Positions 63,742 to 64,000 of a stretch of DNA of 64,000 bases are shown here, piece after piece. A program made the position numbers and the translations under genes. The DNA is from Eledone cirrhosa. Lineage: Eukaryota. A model generated the notes under the pieces. It saw only the letters and a list, made by a program, of their open reading frames with translations. It searched no databases and was not told the origin of the DNA. The stretch spans positions 189,844,001-189,908,000 of the forward strand of contig OZ024741.1 in the NCBI GenBank assembly GCA_964016885.1, read 5' to 3'. How positions within the stretch are numbered: the first letter of the stretch is position 1; every line of letters begins with the position of its first letter.

Positions 63742-64000
63742 TGAAATGATAATGAGCATAGGTGGAAGGATTAAATAAAGACATATTAAATGCCCTCCTA
63801 ATTACTTATCTGGCATGGTACCGTAAATGGGATATCAGGTGGTAGATGAGAGAGTAATAAATAAGGAATACTGAGTGAAAGAAACAGTAGTACATTACAC
63901 ATCTCAAACTTCATCACCACCAATGTTTTAACAAATGTATTGCCATACTTGAACTTGTGGGTGGGTATTCTTCAGCACAGCATGTCACAAATTCTTACAG

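Overview
This is AT-rich eukaryotic DNA packed with repeats and interrupted by one 200-N scaffold gap. The repeat set (tRNA-CORE SINEs, Meta-domain SINEs, RTE LINEs with (ATG)n tails, very dense microsatellites) fits a coleoid cephalopod such as Octopus best; this is an inference from family resemblance only. No host gene can be called with confidence. Almost all listed ORFs are microsatellite artefacts or transposon fragments. Recognisable elements are: a Helitron nest at 4.1-10.9 kb with a decayed Rep/PIF1-helicase gene, two further Helitrons, several RTE families, a CRE-clade fragment, Penelope-like remnants, piggyBac-type and Tc1/mariner-type MITEs, and many mini- and microsatellites. The most notable signal is a set of type I hammerhead ribozyme motifs folded by hand at 39291-39341(-), 39512-39647(+) and 57506-57592(+). 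The last sits in a ~385-bp direct-repeat-flanked, retrozyme-like unit. Three fold-back palindromes turn just upstream of a hammerhead-like GAAA/stem III module, and a non-autonomous RTE may carry a degenerate twister-like ribozyme at its 5' end. Coordinates of degraded repeats are approximate, and no database searches were run.
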